Counted from the stretch's first letter, positions 19,008 through 28,499 are shown. The stretch: 64,000 nucleotides of DNA from an uncultured Acidimicrobiales bacterium (GCA_964390555.1 CAYMJU010000032.1:30563-94562), one strand, 5' to 3'. Notes: generated from the sequence alone by a model not told the origin. Numbers and translations are program-made.

Positions 19008-19935
19008 GTCCGCCAGTGGAGGCACCAAGGCGATCCTCGCCGCGTTCTTCGCCAACCTCGGCATCGCCATCGCCAAGTTCGTCGGGTTCCTGTTCACGTC
19101 GTCGGCGTCGCTGCTCGCCGAATCGGTCCATTCGCTGGCCGATACAGGCAACCAGGCCCTGTTGCTGCTCGGCGGGCGACGAGCCGGCAAGGAGGCCTCG
19201 GCCGATCACCCGTTCGGCTACGGCCGCGAGCGGTACTTCTGGTCGTTCGTCGTCGCTCTGGTGCTGTTCTCGCTCGGCTCGCTGTTCGCCATCGCGGAGG
19301 GCGTGTCGAAGATCCGCCATCCTCACGAGCTCGAGGGTCTCGGCTGGGCCATAGGAATTCTGCTGCTCGCCATCGGCCTCGAGAGTTACTCGTTCCGGAC
19401 CGCCATCGTCGAGGCCAACCACGTCCGCGGCTCGGCCTCGTGGGTCGCATTCATCCGTCGGGCCAAGGCCCCGGAGCTGCCGGTGGTGCTTCTCGAGGAT
19501 CTCGGGGCGCTGATCGGCTTGGTCCTCGCACTCGCGGCGGTGATCATCGCTCAGGTCACCGGCGATCCGGTGTGGGACGGCATCGGAACCCTGAGCATCG
19601 GAATCCTTCTCGCCGTCATCGCCGTGGTCCTGGCCATCGAGATGAAGAGCCTGATCATTGGCGAAGGGGCGAGCCCCGACGACCACGACCGCATCGTCGC
19701 GGCGATCTCCGGTCACCCTGACGTCGATGGGATCATCCATCTCAAGACCCAGCACATCGGCCCCGACGAGTTGCTCGTCGCCGCCAAGGTGGCGTTCGGG
19801 CCTCACCTCGATCTGGCCACCGTCGCCAACGCCATCGACGAGATCGAAGCATCGGTCCGGGCCGAGGTCCCGATCGCCCGGCCCATGTACATCGAACCCG
19901 ACATCGCCCGCGGGGGCCGACGCGCGGACGGCTGA
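19006..19935 (+). CDS. cation diffusion facilitator (CDF) family metal exporter
   Basis: MSASGGTKAILAAFFANLGIAIAKFVGF...AESVHSLADTGNQ carries the TM2 HxxxD motif. It has six TM segments and a C-terminal cytoplasmic domain. An AGGAG SD lies 4 nt upstream of ATG 19006. Confidence 0.85.
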   Translation: MSASGGTKAILAAFFANLGIAIAKFVGFLFTSSASLLAESVHSLADTGNQALLLLGGRRAGKEASADHPFGYGRERYFWSFVVALVLFSLGSLFAIAEGVSKIRHPHELEGLGWAIGILLLAIGLESYSFRTAIVEANHVRGSASWVAFIRRAKAPELPVVLLEDLGALIGLVLALAAVIIAQVTGDPVWDGIGTLSIGILLAVIAVVLAIEMKSLIIGEGASPDDHDRIVAAISGHPDVDGIIHLKTQHIGPDELLVAAKVAFGPHLDLATVANAIDEIEASVRAEVPIARPMYIEPDIARGGRRADG

Positions 19936-19957
19936 TACATTCGCCATCACACACGAC

Positions 19958-20062
19958 ATACGGGGAGCTCGGGGTAGCCGGGCTGAGAGGGTGCTCGTAC
20001 CGGCAGAGCCGGCCGGCACCGACTCGAAGAACCTGAACTGGGTAATGCCAGCGGAGGGAAGC
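19958..20062 (+). promoter_or_regulatory. TPP (THI-box) riboswitch
   Basis: Has GGGGTAGCCGGGCTGAGAG followed by a variable P3 stem. Then comes GAACCTGAACTGGGTAATGCCAGCGGAGGGAA, the conserved CUGAGA and ACCUGA..GG.UAAUGCC.GCG.AGGGA blocks. The 3' end (GGAGGGAAGCC-ATG) contains the SD of the downstream binding-protein gene. Confidence 0.9.
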
Positions 20063-20063
20063 C

Positions 20064-21134
20064 ATGCGGTCGGCCACGGTCATCGTCTTGTTCACCATCA
20101 TCGGGTTGCTGGGGTCGTGCAGCGACGACGACTCGACCGAGCGCCGAGCGTGCCTCGACGCTCCCGGCGGTGAGCCGGTGGAACCGGCCGCCACCGATGC
20201 CACCGACACCCTCGTTCTGCTCGCCCACGACTCGTTCGCGGTGTCCCCTGGCGTGCTCGAGACGTTCACCGAGCAGACCGGCATCGACGTCGAGGTCCGC
20301 ACGCTCGGCGACACCGGCCAGCTCGTGTCCGAAGCGGTGCTCACCGCCGGCGAACCGCTCGGCGACGTGCTGTTCGGCGTCGACAACACTTTCCTGTGCC
20401 GGGCGCTCGAAGCGTCGGTGTTCGAGCCGCTCGCCCTCGACCTCACCGCGATCGATCCCACGCTCGACCTCGACCCCCACCACCGGGTCGTGCCCGTCGA
20501 CTTCGGCGACGTATGCCTCAACACCTCGGGCGCCGAACCTGCCCCGGCCAGCTTCCGGGACCTGGTCGACCCCGAGTACGCCGGCGAGCTGGTCACCCAG
20601 GACCCCGAGACTTCGTCGCCGGGCCTGGCCTTTCTGCTCGCCACCATCGCTGTTCTCGGCGACGGCTGGCGCGACTACTGGGCCGGGCTGGTCGCCAACG
20701 ACGTCGAGATCAGCCCCGACTGGACGACGGCCTACTTCGTCGAGTTCGCGGCCAGCGGCGGCGACCGCTCGATCGTTACCTCCTATGCCACCAGCCCGGT
20801 TGCCGAGGTGCTGTTCAGCGATCCGCCGGTGTCCGAACCGAGCACCTCGGTCGTGGTCGACTCGTGCTTCCGCCAAGTCGAGATGGCCGGCGTGCTGCGC
20901 GGAACCGAGCACCCCGAGGCCGCGGCCGCGCTCGTCGAGTTCCTCGTGTCACCCACGTTCCAGGCCGACGTGGCGCTGAGCATGTTCGTGTACCCGGCCC
21001 GCACCGACGTGGAGCTACCACCGGAGTTCGCAGTGGCACCCACGATCGAGGATCCCATCACCATGGACCCGGTCACCATCCACGAGAACCGCGACGCCTG
21101 GACGAGCGAGTGGCGCGAGATCGTGCTCGGCTGA
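20064..21134 (+). CDS. thiB: thiamine ABC transporter substrate-binding lipoprotein
   Basis: Has the lipobox LLGSC. It is a TbpA/FbpA-type periplasmic binding protein. Thiamine specificity is inferred from the TPP riboswitch immediately upstream. Confidence 0.75.
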   Translation: MRSATVIVLFTIIGLLGSCSDDDSTERRACLDAPGGEPVEPAATDATDTLVLLAHDSFAVSPGVLETFTEQTGIDVEVRTLGDTGQLVSEAVLTAGEPLGDVLFGVDNTFLCRALEASVFEPLALDLTAIDPTLDLDPHHRVVPVDFGDVCLNTSGAEPAPASFRDLVDPEYAGELVTQDPETSSPGLAFLLATIAVLGDGWRDYWAGLVANDVEISPDWTTAYFVEFAASGGDRSIVTSYATSPVAEVLFSDPPVSEPSTSVVVDSCFRQVEMAGVLRGTEHPEAAAALVEFLVSPTFQADVALSMFVYPARTDVELPPEFAVAPTIEDPITMDPVTIHENRDAWTSEWREIVLG

Positions 21135-22720
21135 CGTCGGTCGGCGTCGCCGTAGTTCCCCTGGCGGCGATCGCCGTTCTCGTCGGGTACCCGGTCGCCG
21201 GCCTGGCGCGGCGAACGTTCGACCTATCCAACCTGGTGGACACCGTTACGGCGGGCTGGTTCTGGCGGGCATGGCGATTCACGTTGTGGCAGGCCACCGT
21301 GTCCACCGTCGCCACCGCGGTGGTCGGACTGCCGCTCGCCGGGCTGTTGTCGCGGCGCCGCTTCCTCGGGCGTTCCGCGTTGCGGGCGCTGGTGACCGCA
21401 CCGTTCGTGATGCCGACCGTCGTCGTCGCCGGGGCCTACCTGACTCTGTTCCGCCAGCTCGGGCTCGACCGCGAGCCGCTCGATCTCACCGAGAGCACCA
21501 CCGCGATCGTCGCCGCGCACGTCTTTTTCAATCTCGCCGTGGTCGTTCGCGTCGTCGCAACGGCGTGGGAGGGACTCGACCCGACCGCCACGGAGGTGGC
21601 TCAGACGATGGGAGCGAGCCCAGCCCGCGCGTTCGTGGGCGTCACGCTCCCCGCGCTGAGGCCGGCGCTGAGCGCCGCGGCGGCCATCGTGTTCGCGTTC
21701 AGCGTTACGTCCTATGGAGTGGTGCGGGTCCTCGGGGGGCCTCGGCGGGCGACGCTCGAGACCGAGATCTACCGCTTCGGTGTGAGCCGACTCGATGTGG
21801 AAACGGCGACATCGCTGGCGTTCGTGCAGCTGGCGACGGTCGTGCTCGTCGTGTGGGTGGCCGGCCGGGCCGGGGCGTCGGTGGGCTCGGCGACGCTGAG
21901 CCGGTTCAGCGCTCGGGCCGATCGCCCACTCGGGGGCCGTCAGCGGCTCGCCGCCGGTGCCCTCGTGACCGCCGTCGTCGCCTACATCGTGGCGCCGTTG
22001 ACCGCCCTCACCACCGAGGCCTTCCGATACGGCGGCGGCTGGAGCCTTCACCACATGGCCTCGCTCGTCGATCGATCGACGTTGCTGCCCGTCGTGCCCG
22101 CCCGCACCTTGGTCAACTCGCTGCTGGTCGCTGCTGTGGCCGTCATCGCCGCCCTGGTGATCGGAGGTCTGGCAGCGGTCGCATCGAGCCGCCACCGCGG
22201 CCCGCTCGGTCGGGTCGTCGAGGGCGCCGTGACCCTGCCCCTCGCCATCTCGGCGGTGTCGCTAGGTCTCGGCATGCTCGTGACGTTCGACCGACCGATC
22301 GGATTGCGTTCGTCGTGGTGGGTCATACCCCTCGCCCACGCTGTCGTCGGCGCGCCGTTCGTTGCTCGAGCCGTCGGCCCGGCCATGCGGTCGGTTGGTC
22401 CTGACCTCCGCGACGCCGCCAGCGTGCTCGGCGCATCCCCAGCCGTAGTGGCTCGCACTGTCATCGGTCCGCTCGTCAGCCGGTCGGTGGCGGTCGGCGC
22501 CTCGTTCGCGTTCGCGGTGTCGCTCGGCGAGTTCGGTGCCACCTCGTTCCTCGCCCGGCGCGACGACCAGCTCACCGCGCCCATCGCCATCGTCAGGCTC
22601 CTGGGCCGACCCGGCGACGAGCCCCGGGGTCAGGCCGCCGCCATGGGGGTTGTCGTGCTGGCGCTCACTGTCGCCGTGGTGGCCACCGGCGACCGAGTCG
22701 CCCGGAAGCGCCCGTCGTGA
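21110..22720 (+). CDS. thiP: thiamine ABC transporter permease (two fused permease domains)
   Basis: About 536 aa with 12 TM segments and duplicated BPD-transporter domains, as in ThiP. The start is uncertain: GTG 21110 overlaps thiB by 25 nt, and there is no ATG or GTG right after the thiB stop. Confidence 0.7.
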   Translation: MARDRARLTSVGVAVVPLAAIAVLVGYPVAGLARRTFDLSNLVDTVTAGWFWRAWRFTLWQATVSTVATAVVGLPLAGLLSRRRFLGRSALRALVTAPFVMPTVVVAGAYLTLFRQLGLDREPLDLTESTTAIVAAHVFFNLAVVVRVVATAWEGLDPTATEVAQTMGASPARAFVGVTLPALRPALSAAAAIVFAFSVTSYGVVRVLGGPRRATLETEIYRFGVSRLDVETATSLAFVQLATVVLVVWVAGRAGASVGSATLSRFSARADRPLGGRQRLAAGALVTAVVAYIVAPLTALTTEAFRYGGGWSLHHMASLVDRSTLLPVVPARTLVNSLLVAAVAVIAALVIGGLAAVASSRHRGPLGRVVEGAVTLPLAISAVSLGLGMLVTFDRPIGLRSSWWVIPLAHAVVGAPFVARAVGPAMRSVGPDLRDAASVLGASPAVVARTVIGPLVSRSVAVGASFAFAVSLGEFGATSFLARRDDQLTAPIAIVRLLGRPGDEPRGQAAAMGVVVLALTVAVVATGDRVARKRPS

Positions 22721-23736
22721 GCGAGGGGCTGCGCGCCGAAGGCCTGACCGTCGTCATCGATGGCGGCCCTGGCGGCCGCGGTCCCAGTGGCGGCGTGCTG
22801 CTCGACGCGGTGTCGGTCTCGGTCGAACCGGGCGAGGTGCTGGCCGTGCTGGGCCGCAGCGGAGCCGGCAAGTCGACGCTTCTGCGGGCCATCGCTGGTC
22901 TGATCCCGCTCGCCGCCGGACAGATCGAGATCGACGGCGTCGACGTCACGTCCCTGCCGACGCACCGGCGCGGTCTCGGCCTCATGTTCCAGCATCCCGC
23001 CTTGTTCCCCCACCTCGATGTCGGCGAGAACGTCGCCTATGGGCTCAAGGTGCGCGGGTCGAGCCGTACCGCTCGGGCCGCCCGCACCGAGGAGCTGCTC
23101 GATCGGGTCGGGTTGGGCGGGTTCGCCAGGCGATCGGTGGCCGACCTGTCCGGCGGGGAAGCCCAGCGCGTGGCCCTGGCCCGCGCACTCGCACCCAACC
23201 CGCGTGTGCTGATGCTCGACGAGCCTCTCGCCGCCCTCGACCGGCCCCGGCGGGCCGACCTGCTCGACGAGGTGCGGCGGGTTCTCCAAGAGCTGTCACA
23301 AGCTGCGGTGTACGTAACCCACGACCGCGACGAAGCGTTCGCGCTGGCCACGTCGATCATCGTGCTCGACGAGGGTCGGGCCGTGCGCCAGGGCCGGCCT
23401 GCCGACGTGTGGTCGGACCCCGGCTCGGTCCGGGTAGCCGAGCTGCTCGGGCACCGGAACCTGGTGACCCCTGCGGTTCTCCGCGGCGCCGTCGGATCGC
23501 TTCCAACACATCTCGCCGGTGCCAGCCAGATCCTCGTGCCCCACGACGCCGTGACCCTCGGCGGCGACATCGCGGGGTACGTCATCAGCCGCCACATCAC
23601 CTTCGACCAGCCCACCGCCGTCGTCGAGCTCTCGGGCGGGGCCCGTCTGTCGATCGCCTACCCGGCCAGCGGCCCCACCTCTCTCACCGTCGGCATACGG
23701 GTCGATCGACTGGTCCCGCTGAGAGAGCGCCACTAA
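22717..23736 (+). CDS. thiQ: thiamine ABC transporter ATP-binding protein
   Basis: Has Walker A GRSGAGKST, the signature LSGGEAQRVALARAL and Walker B VLMLDEPL. There is a GTGA overlap with thiP. Confidence 0.8.
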   Translation: MSEGLRAEGLTVVIDGGPGGRGPSGGVLLDAVSVSVEPGEVLAVLGRSGAGKSTLLRAIAGLIPLAAGQIEIDGVDVTSLPTHRRGLGLMFQHPALFPHLDVGENVAYGLKVRGSSRTARAARTEELLDRVGLGGFARRSVADLSGGEAQRVALARALAPNPRVLMLDEPLAALDRPRRADLLDEVRRVLQELSQAAVYVTHDRDEAFALATSIIVLDEGRAVRQGRPADVWSDPGSVRVAELLGHRNLVTPAVLRGAVGSLPTHLAGASQILVPHDAVTLGGDIAGYVISRHITFDQPTAVVELSGGARLSIAYPASGPTSLTVGIRVDRLVPLRERH

Positions 23737-23764
23737 GTGAACGTTCGATGTCTGAGCGGTCTCG

Positions 23765-23786
23765 CTCGCCTGCTAGCGCAGGCGAG
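23765..23786 (+). terminator. hairpin downstream of thiQ
   Basis: CTCGCCTGC-TAGC-GCAGGCGAG is a perfect 9-bp stem with a 4-nt loop. It lies 29 nt after the thiQ stop. Confidence 0.5.
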
Positions 23787-23880
23787 AAATGCCACTGTCA
23801 CATCGGAGGGCTCGCCTATCGGCTCGCCCTATGAGCTGACCGATGCCTCCCCGGCACCGGGGTCGTGTGAGAGTGAGCCG

Positions 23881-24351
23881 ATGCGACAGGTCGCAGTGAT
23901 GGTCGACAGCCTTACCGAGCCGGGAGTGCCCGATCAGGTGCCGGGCGAAGCGGCCGCGGCCTGGCTGCTTCGCGGCGATCGCGCCGCGCACCTGTTGCCC
24001 AGCATCGACACCGTGCGCCGAGCCGGCGCCGACGACGTGGTCATCTGGGCCGGCGCCGCCGATGTGCGCCGCGGGCGCCCGATCGCCGACGTGGTCCACC
24101 ACGTCGCTGAGACCATCGACGAGCTCTCCCGGGTGGCACCGGACTCCGTCGTGACCGTAGCCGCGGTTCCGCACGGACGAGGCCGGTGGGCGGGGGCGGT
24201 CACGACCCTCAACGCCGAGTTGGCCCGAGTGGCGCGCGAGCGCGGCGTTCGATGGCTCGATCCTCGTGTCGGTCGCTCCGACGACCGCGGCCGCTCCCTG
24301 GCATCATGGACCAACCGCCGCGGGCGGATCCGTGCCAAGGGGGACGCGTGA
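23881..24351 (+). CDS. hypothetical protein with weak SGNH/GDSL-hydrolase-like motifs
   Basis: MRQVAVMVDSLTE may be a degenerate block I and VVIWAGAADV may be block III. No clear block V DxxH is present. The track start (23737) would run through the terminator hairpin, so the internal ATG at 23881 is preferred. Confidence 0.4.
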   Translation: MRQVAVMVDSLTEPGVPDQVPGEAAAAWLLRGDRAAHLLPSIDTVRRAGADDVVIWAGAADVRRGRPIADVVHHVAETIDELSRVAPDSVVTVAAVPHGRGRWAGAVTTLNAELARVARERGVRWLDPRVGRSDDRGRSLASWTNRRGRIRAKGDA

Positions 24352-25211
24352 ACGCACCAGCCGATCGGCTGCCGGTGATCGACGGTTGGGTCAACGTCTC
24401 CATGGGCGACAGCAAGCCGCCCGAGTACCTCGTTCGCGTGAAGGAGGACTACCTCAAGCAGGGCGACAGCTTCTTTCGCTCGTACGATCCGCCCGAGTTG
24501 CTCGACCTGATGGACTCGCTCGGTGTCGCGAAGTCCGTGATTGCCTATGCGACCCGCGGGCACGGTCGGGGCTCGAACGACAGCGGTTCTGGTCGCGTGC
24601 TGCGATTCGTCGATGAGCACCCCGACCGTTTCGCCCTCGCCGTCCACGTCGATCCCCGGGGCCTCATGAAGGAGCTCTGGGCGCTCGAGGACATCGTGCG
24701 CGATCACCCGGTGGCGTGTGCTCGAGTCGTGCCCTTCGGCATCGATCTGGCCCCGAGCGACGCCCTCTACTACCCGCTGTACGCCAAGTGCGTCGAGATC
24801 GACCTGCCGCTCACGATCAACGCCGGACTGCCCGGTCCACCGATGCCCGGAGAGTGCCAGGACCCGATCCACCTCGACCGGGTCTGTCATCGCTTTCCCG
24901 ACCTCAAGCTGTGCATGGCCCACGGTGCCGACCCTTGGTGGGGGGTGGCCATCCGCCTGATGATCAAGTACCGAAACCTTCACCTGATGACTTCGGCCTG
25001 GTCGCCGAAGCGGTTCCCAGCCGAGCTGTTGCACTTCATGCGCACCCGCGGCGCCGACAAGATCATCTTCGCGTCGGACCACCCGGCGCTTCCCATGCAA
25101 CGCTGCGTGGACGAGGCCCGGGCCCTCGACCTGCCCGAGGACATCCTCGCCAAATATCTCTACACCAACGCCGACCGCTTCTTCTTCGCTCCCCGATCCC
25201 CGCGGTACTGA
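24348..25211 (+). CDS. amidohydrolase-2 family (metal-dependent hydrolase/decarboxylase, ACMSD/LigI-like)
   Basis: GTG 24348 overlaps the previous stop (GTGA). It has a TIM-barrel hydrolase-like pattern: ...LPLTINAG, LKLCMAHGADPWW, IIFASDHP. Confidence 0.7.
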   Translation: MNAPADRLPVIDGWVNVSMGDSKPPEYLVRVKEDYLKQGDSFFRSYDPPELLDLMDSLGVAKSVIAYATRGHGRGSNDSGSGRVLRFVDEHPDRFALAVHVDPRGLMKELWALEDIVRDHPVACARVVPFGIDLAPSDALYYPLYAKCVEIDLPLTINAGLPGPPMPGECQDPIHLDRVCHRFPDLKLCMAHGADPWWGVAIRLMIKYRNLHLMTSAWSPKRFPAELLHFMRTRGADKIIFASDHPALPMQRCVDEARALDLPEDILAKYLYTNADRFFFAPRSPRY

Positions 25212-25231
25212 ACCCGGACGGGAGCGCGCCG

Positions 25232-25696
25232 TCAGGTGCCGTGGGCGACGACGTCGGCGGCGAAGCGTTCGATCAGCGGTGCCAGACGGGCGAGGTCGCG
25301 CTCGCTCCAGGAGTCGAGGGCGTCGGCCACGGTCGACCGCCATGCCGCCCGTAGCTTCTCGGTGAGGTGCTCGCCGGCGGCGCTGAGGGAGATCCTCGAA
25401 GCCCGTCGATCGTCGGGATCGCCTTGGCGGTCGATCAGACCCTTCTGTTCGAGCGCCGCGACCTGCCGGCTGATGGTCGACACGTCGACGGCCAAGTCGG
25501 TCGCGATGTCCGAAAGCCGGGCCGGCGCCAGACGGGAGATGGCCACCAGCACCATGTAGGTCGCCCGGTCGAGGTGGATGCCAGCCCGCTCCCGGACGGC
25601 CTCGGAGAACCGGCTCGAACGGGTCTGGCGCACGATGACGCCGAGCGCCTGCTCGATGCGGTCGATGTCGCCCTCGAGCCCGGTCACGGCCCGCAC
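25232..25696 (-). CDS. MarR family transcriptional regulator
   Basis: 154 aa. The winged-HTH region is ARLSDIATDLAVDVSTISRQVAALEQKGLIDRQGDPDDRRA. It is divergent from the MFS efflux gene. Confidence 0.85.
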   Translation of the reverse strand: MRAVTGLEGDIDRIEQALGVIVRQTRSSRFSEAVRERAGIHLDRATYMVLVAISRLAPARLSDIATDLAVDVSTISRQVAALEQKGLIDRQGDPDDRRASRISLSAAGEHLTEKLRAAWRSTVADALDSWSERDLARLAPLIERFAADVVAHGT

Positions 25697-25731
25697 GCTA
25701 CCGGTACCCGGTGCCGACCGTCACCCGACAG

Positions 25732-25748
25732 TTGTTTGTACCACACAA
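25732..25748. promoter_or_regulatory. candidate MarR operator (imperfect inverted repeat)
   Basis: TTGTTTG-tac-CACACAA matches at 6 of 7 positions per arm. It lies in the 75-bp divergent intergenic region, 24 nt upstream of the MFS ATG. Confidence 0.3.
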
Positions 25749-25771
25749 TCACCTGAGGATAGCCTGTCTGG

Positions 25772-27379
25772 ATGAGCGAAGCCGACGACACGCGCCACCG
25801 AAAGCTGGTGGTGATGATCGTCGGGCTGATGCTGGCCCAGATCATGGCGGGCATCGAAGGCACGATCATCGTGAACGCCCTCGGGTACATCGTTCCCGAG
25901 CTCGGTAGCGTCGAGCTCACCCCGTGGGTCTTCGTGAGCTACAGCTTGGCGTCGGCGACCAGCACGATCGTCTGGGGGAAGCTCTCGGACCTGTACGGGC
26001 GGCGGTGGCTCTACTATCTGTCGATCGTCGTCTTCGTCGTCGGCGCGATCGTGTGCGGTACCGCCACAACGATGGGCCAGCTCATCGCCGGTCGGGGTGT
26101 GCAAGGCGTCGGTGCCGGCGGGCTGATGACGCTCACGATGATCATCATCGCCGACGTGATCTCGCCCCGAGAGCGCGGCCGCTATCAGGGGTACATGGGC
26201 GCGATGTTCGCGGTCGCCACCATGCTCGGACCCTGGGTCGGCGGCATCATCGTCGACACCACGACGTGGCGGTGGATCTTCTACATGAACCTACCGCTCG
26301 GCCTCGTGGGTCTGGCGATGGGTTTGATCACACTGCGCGACGTACCGTTCACGCGCCGGGAGAGCTCGATCGACTGGCTCGGGACCTCCACGCTCATCGT
26401 CTGGGTCTCCGCGAGCGTGCTCGTGGCCACCCGAGGCGCCGAGTGGGGCTGGGGATCGGCGATCACGATCGGCCTCATCGTCGCGTCCGTTGCCGGCGTC
26501 GTCGCGTTCGTCGCCATCGAGCGACGCGCCGCCGAACCCGTGCTGCCCCTCGAGCTGTTCCGGGAACCGGTCTTTTCGACCACATCGGTCCTGGCGTTCT
26601 TCCAGGGCATCACCATGTTCGCGGCGACCGCGCTGTTCCCGCTGTTCCTGCAGATCGTGGTCGGCGTCAGCGCGACCAACTCCGGGCTCCTCCTCGCGCC
26701 CGGCTCACTCGGGATGCTCGCCGGCTCGATCGGGAGCGGCCAACTCATCTCGCGGACCGGCAAGTACCGGCGCTACCCGATCATCGGTGCGATCGCCACG
26801 TCGGTGGCGTTCATCGGCTTCGGGACCATGGACACCGGTACCTCGCTGTGGGAAGCCGTGACCTACTCGACCCTCGCCGGCATAGGACTCGGGCTCGGGT
26901 TCCAGACGGTCATGCTCGCGGTGCAGAACCGGGTCGACCACGCGCACCTGGGCGCGGCGACATCGGCGTCGCAGTTCTTCCGCAGCCTCGGGGCGACCTA
27001 TGGCGGAGCGATCCTGGTCACGATCTACGTGAGCCGGCTCGATTACTGGCTACGCGAGCTGGCCGGCGGTTCGGGGCTGTCGGCCGCGACCCTGCGCGAC
27101 AACCCGACTCAGATCCGGGAGCTCGACCCAGCGGTGCAAGAGGCGGTGATCACCTCGTTCAGCCGGTCGATCACCACCGCGCTGGTCGTCATGTTGCCGG
27201 TGGCGATCGTGTCGATCTTCATCGCTCGCCTGGTGCCGGAGTACCCGCTGCGAGACCAGGCTGCGGTCGGCGACCCTCAACGTCACCGCACGGCCCCCGA
27301 CGACCGCAGTGATGTGATCTCGCTCGACGTCCAGCCGAGTTCCGACAGCACCGAATCGGTGTCGCATCCGACCCATTGA
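25772..27379 (+). CDS. MFS transporter, DHA2 (EmrB/QacA-like, 14-TMS) drug efflux family
   Basis: 535 aa. Has GKLSDLYGRRWLY (motif A-like) and many TM segments. It is paired with a MarR regulator. Confidence 0.85.
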   Translation: MSEADDTRHRKLVVMIVGLMLAQIMAGIEGTIIVNALGYIVPELGSVELTPWVFVSYSLASATSTIVWGKLSDLYGRRWLYYLSIVVFVVGAIVCGTATTMGQLIAGRGVQGVGAGGLMTLTMIIIADVISPRERGRYQGYMGAMFAVATMLGPWVGGIIVDTTTWRWIFYMNLPLGLVGLAMGLITLRDVPFTRRESSIDWLGTSTLIVWVSASVLVATRGAEWGWGSAITIGLIVASVAGVVAFVAIERRAAEPVLPLELFREPVFSTTSVLAFFQGITMFAATALFPLFLQIVVGVSATNSGLLLAPGSLGMLAGSIGSGQLISRTGKYRRYPIIGAIATSVAFIGFGTMDTGTSLWEAVTYSTLAGIGLGLGFQTVMLAVQNRVDHAHLGAATSASQFFRSLGATYGGAILVTIYVSRLDYWLRELAGGSGLSAATLRDNPTQIRELDPAVQEAVITSFSRSITTALVVMLPVAIVSIFIARLVPEYPLRDQAAVGDPQRHRTAPDDRSDVISLDVQPSSDSTESVSHPTH

Positions 27380-28428
27380 GGTGACGGACCCGGAGCGCCG
27401 GGTGTGCGTGACAGTCGAGGTACCGGCACCACCTCGGTACCCCCCTCCTCGGTGAACGCCCCTCGGCTGGTGTGGTGGGGATAGGTGCGGGCCTCGGTGA
27501 AAGTGAGGACCGGGGCGAAGCAGGCGTCGGTTCCCTCGAGCAACTCGCACCATTGGTCGCGCGTCCGGGTTCTCATCACCTCGGCGATCCGGGCCTTCAG
27601 CTCGGGCCAGCGGTCCCGGTCGTACTGAACCGGCAGCCCGGCGTCGCCCAATCCGATGGCGTCGATGAACAGGGCGTAGAAGTGCGGCTCGATCGGCGCG
27701 ACGCTCACGTAGCCGCCGTCGGCGGTCTCATAGATCGTGTAGAACGGCGAGCCACCGTCGAACAGGTTGGTGCCCAGCTCGTCGCTGTGGGAGCCCGAGG
27801 CCGCCATCGCGTAGTACAACGAGGTCAACGACATCACACCGTCGACCATGCCCGCATCGACTACTTGGCCCCGGCCTGACCGTTGGGCCTCGACGAGGGC
27901 GCAGACCACGCCGTACGCCAAGTTGAGCCCACCGCCGGCGAAGTCACCGAGCAGTTGGAGCACCGGGACCGGGGGGCCGCCCGGGGGCCCGACGGCTCGT
28001 ATGGCGCCGGTGATCGCCTCGTAGTTGAGCGAGTGACCCGCAGAGTGAGCGAGCGTCCCCATCTGGCCCCACCCGGTCAGCCGGCCGTACACGATCCGCG
28101 GGTTCCGCCCCATCACCTGCTCGGGACCGACCCCGAGTCGTTCGACGACGCCAGGCCGGAACGACTCGCAGAACACGTCGGCCTGTTCCGCCAGCCGCAG
28201 GACCGTCTCGACTCCATCGGGGTGCTTGAGATCGACACCGATCGATCGGCGGCCCCGGTCCCACGAGCTGTACGGCTTCGGCGCGGGCTCGGCCGGCACC
28301 TCGGCCGCCCGGTCGACGCGGATCACGTCGGCACCCATGTCGGCCAACTTCAGGGTGCCGAACGGCAGCGCGCCGAGCCCCGCCAACTCGACGACCCGCA
28401 CCCCGGCCAATGCTCCAGCGTTTCCCAT
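27283..28428 (-). CDS. family III CoA-transferase (CaiB/BaiF; alpha-methylacyl-CoA racemase-like)
   Basis: Starts MGNAGALAGVRVVELAGLGALPFGTLKLADMGADVIRVDR and has the central ...FDGGSPFYTIYETADGGYVSVA. ATG 28428 is chosen because the track's upstream extension is Arg-rich junk. The 3' end overlaps the convergent MFS gene by 97 nt. Confidence 0.85.
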   Translation of the reverse strand: MGNAGALAGVRVVELAGLGALPFGTLKLADMGADVIRVDRAAEVPAEPAPKPYSSWDRGRRSIGVDLKHPDGVETVLRLAEQADVFCESFRPGVVERLGVGPEQVMGRNPRIVYGRLTGWGQMGTLAHSAGHSLNYEAITGAIRAVGPPGGPPVPVLQLLGDFAGGGLNLAYGVVCALVEAQRSGRGQVVDAGMVDGVMSLTSLYYAMAASGSHSDELGTNLFDGGSPFYTIYETADGGYVSVAPIEPHFYALFIDAIGLGDAGLPVQYDRDRWPELKARIAEVMRTRTRDQWCELLEGTDACFAPVLTFTEARTYPHHTSRGAFTEEGGTEVVPVPRLSRTPGAPGPSPQWVGCDTDSVLSELGWTSSEITSLRSSGAVR

Positions 28429-28499
28429 CACGTCACCCCTTCGGTCGCCTGATCGCGCCATCGCCCGCTCGATCGCGGTTCTGGGAACAGAATGACAGA

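Noticed and set aside
20396-21109. Upstream part of the 774-aa ORF 20396-22720
   Set aside because: It is an alternate frame of thiB. Permease-like hydrophobic sequence starts only near 21110-21140.
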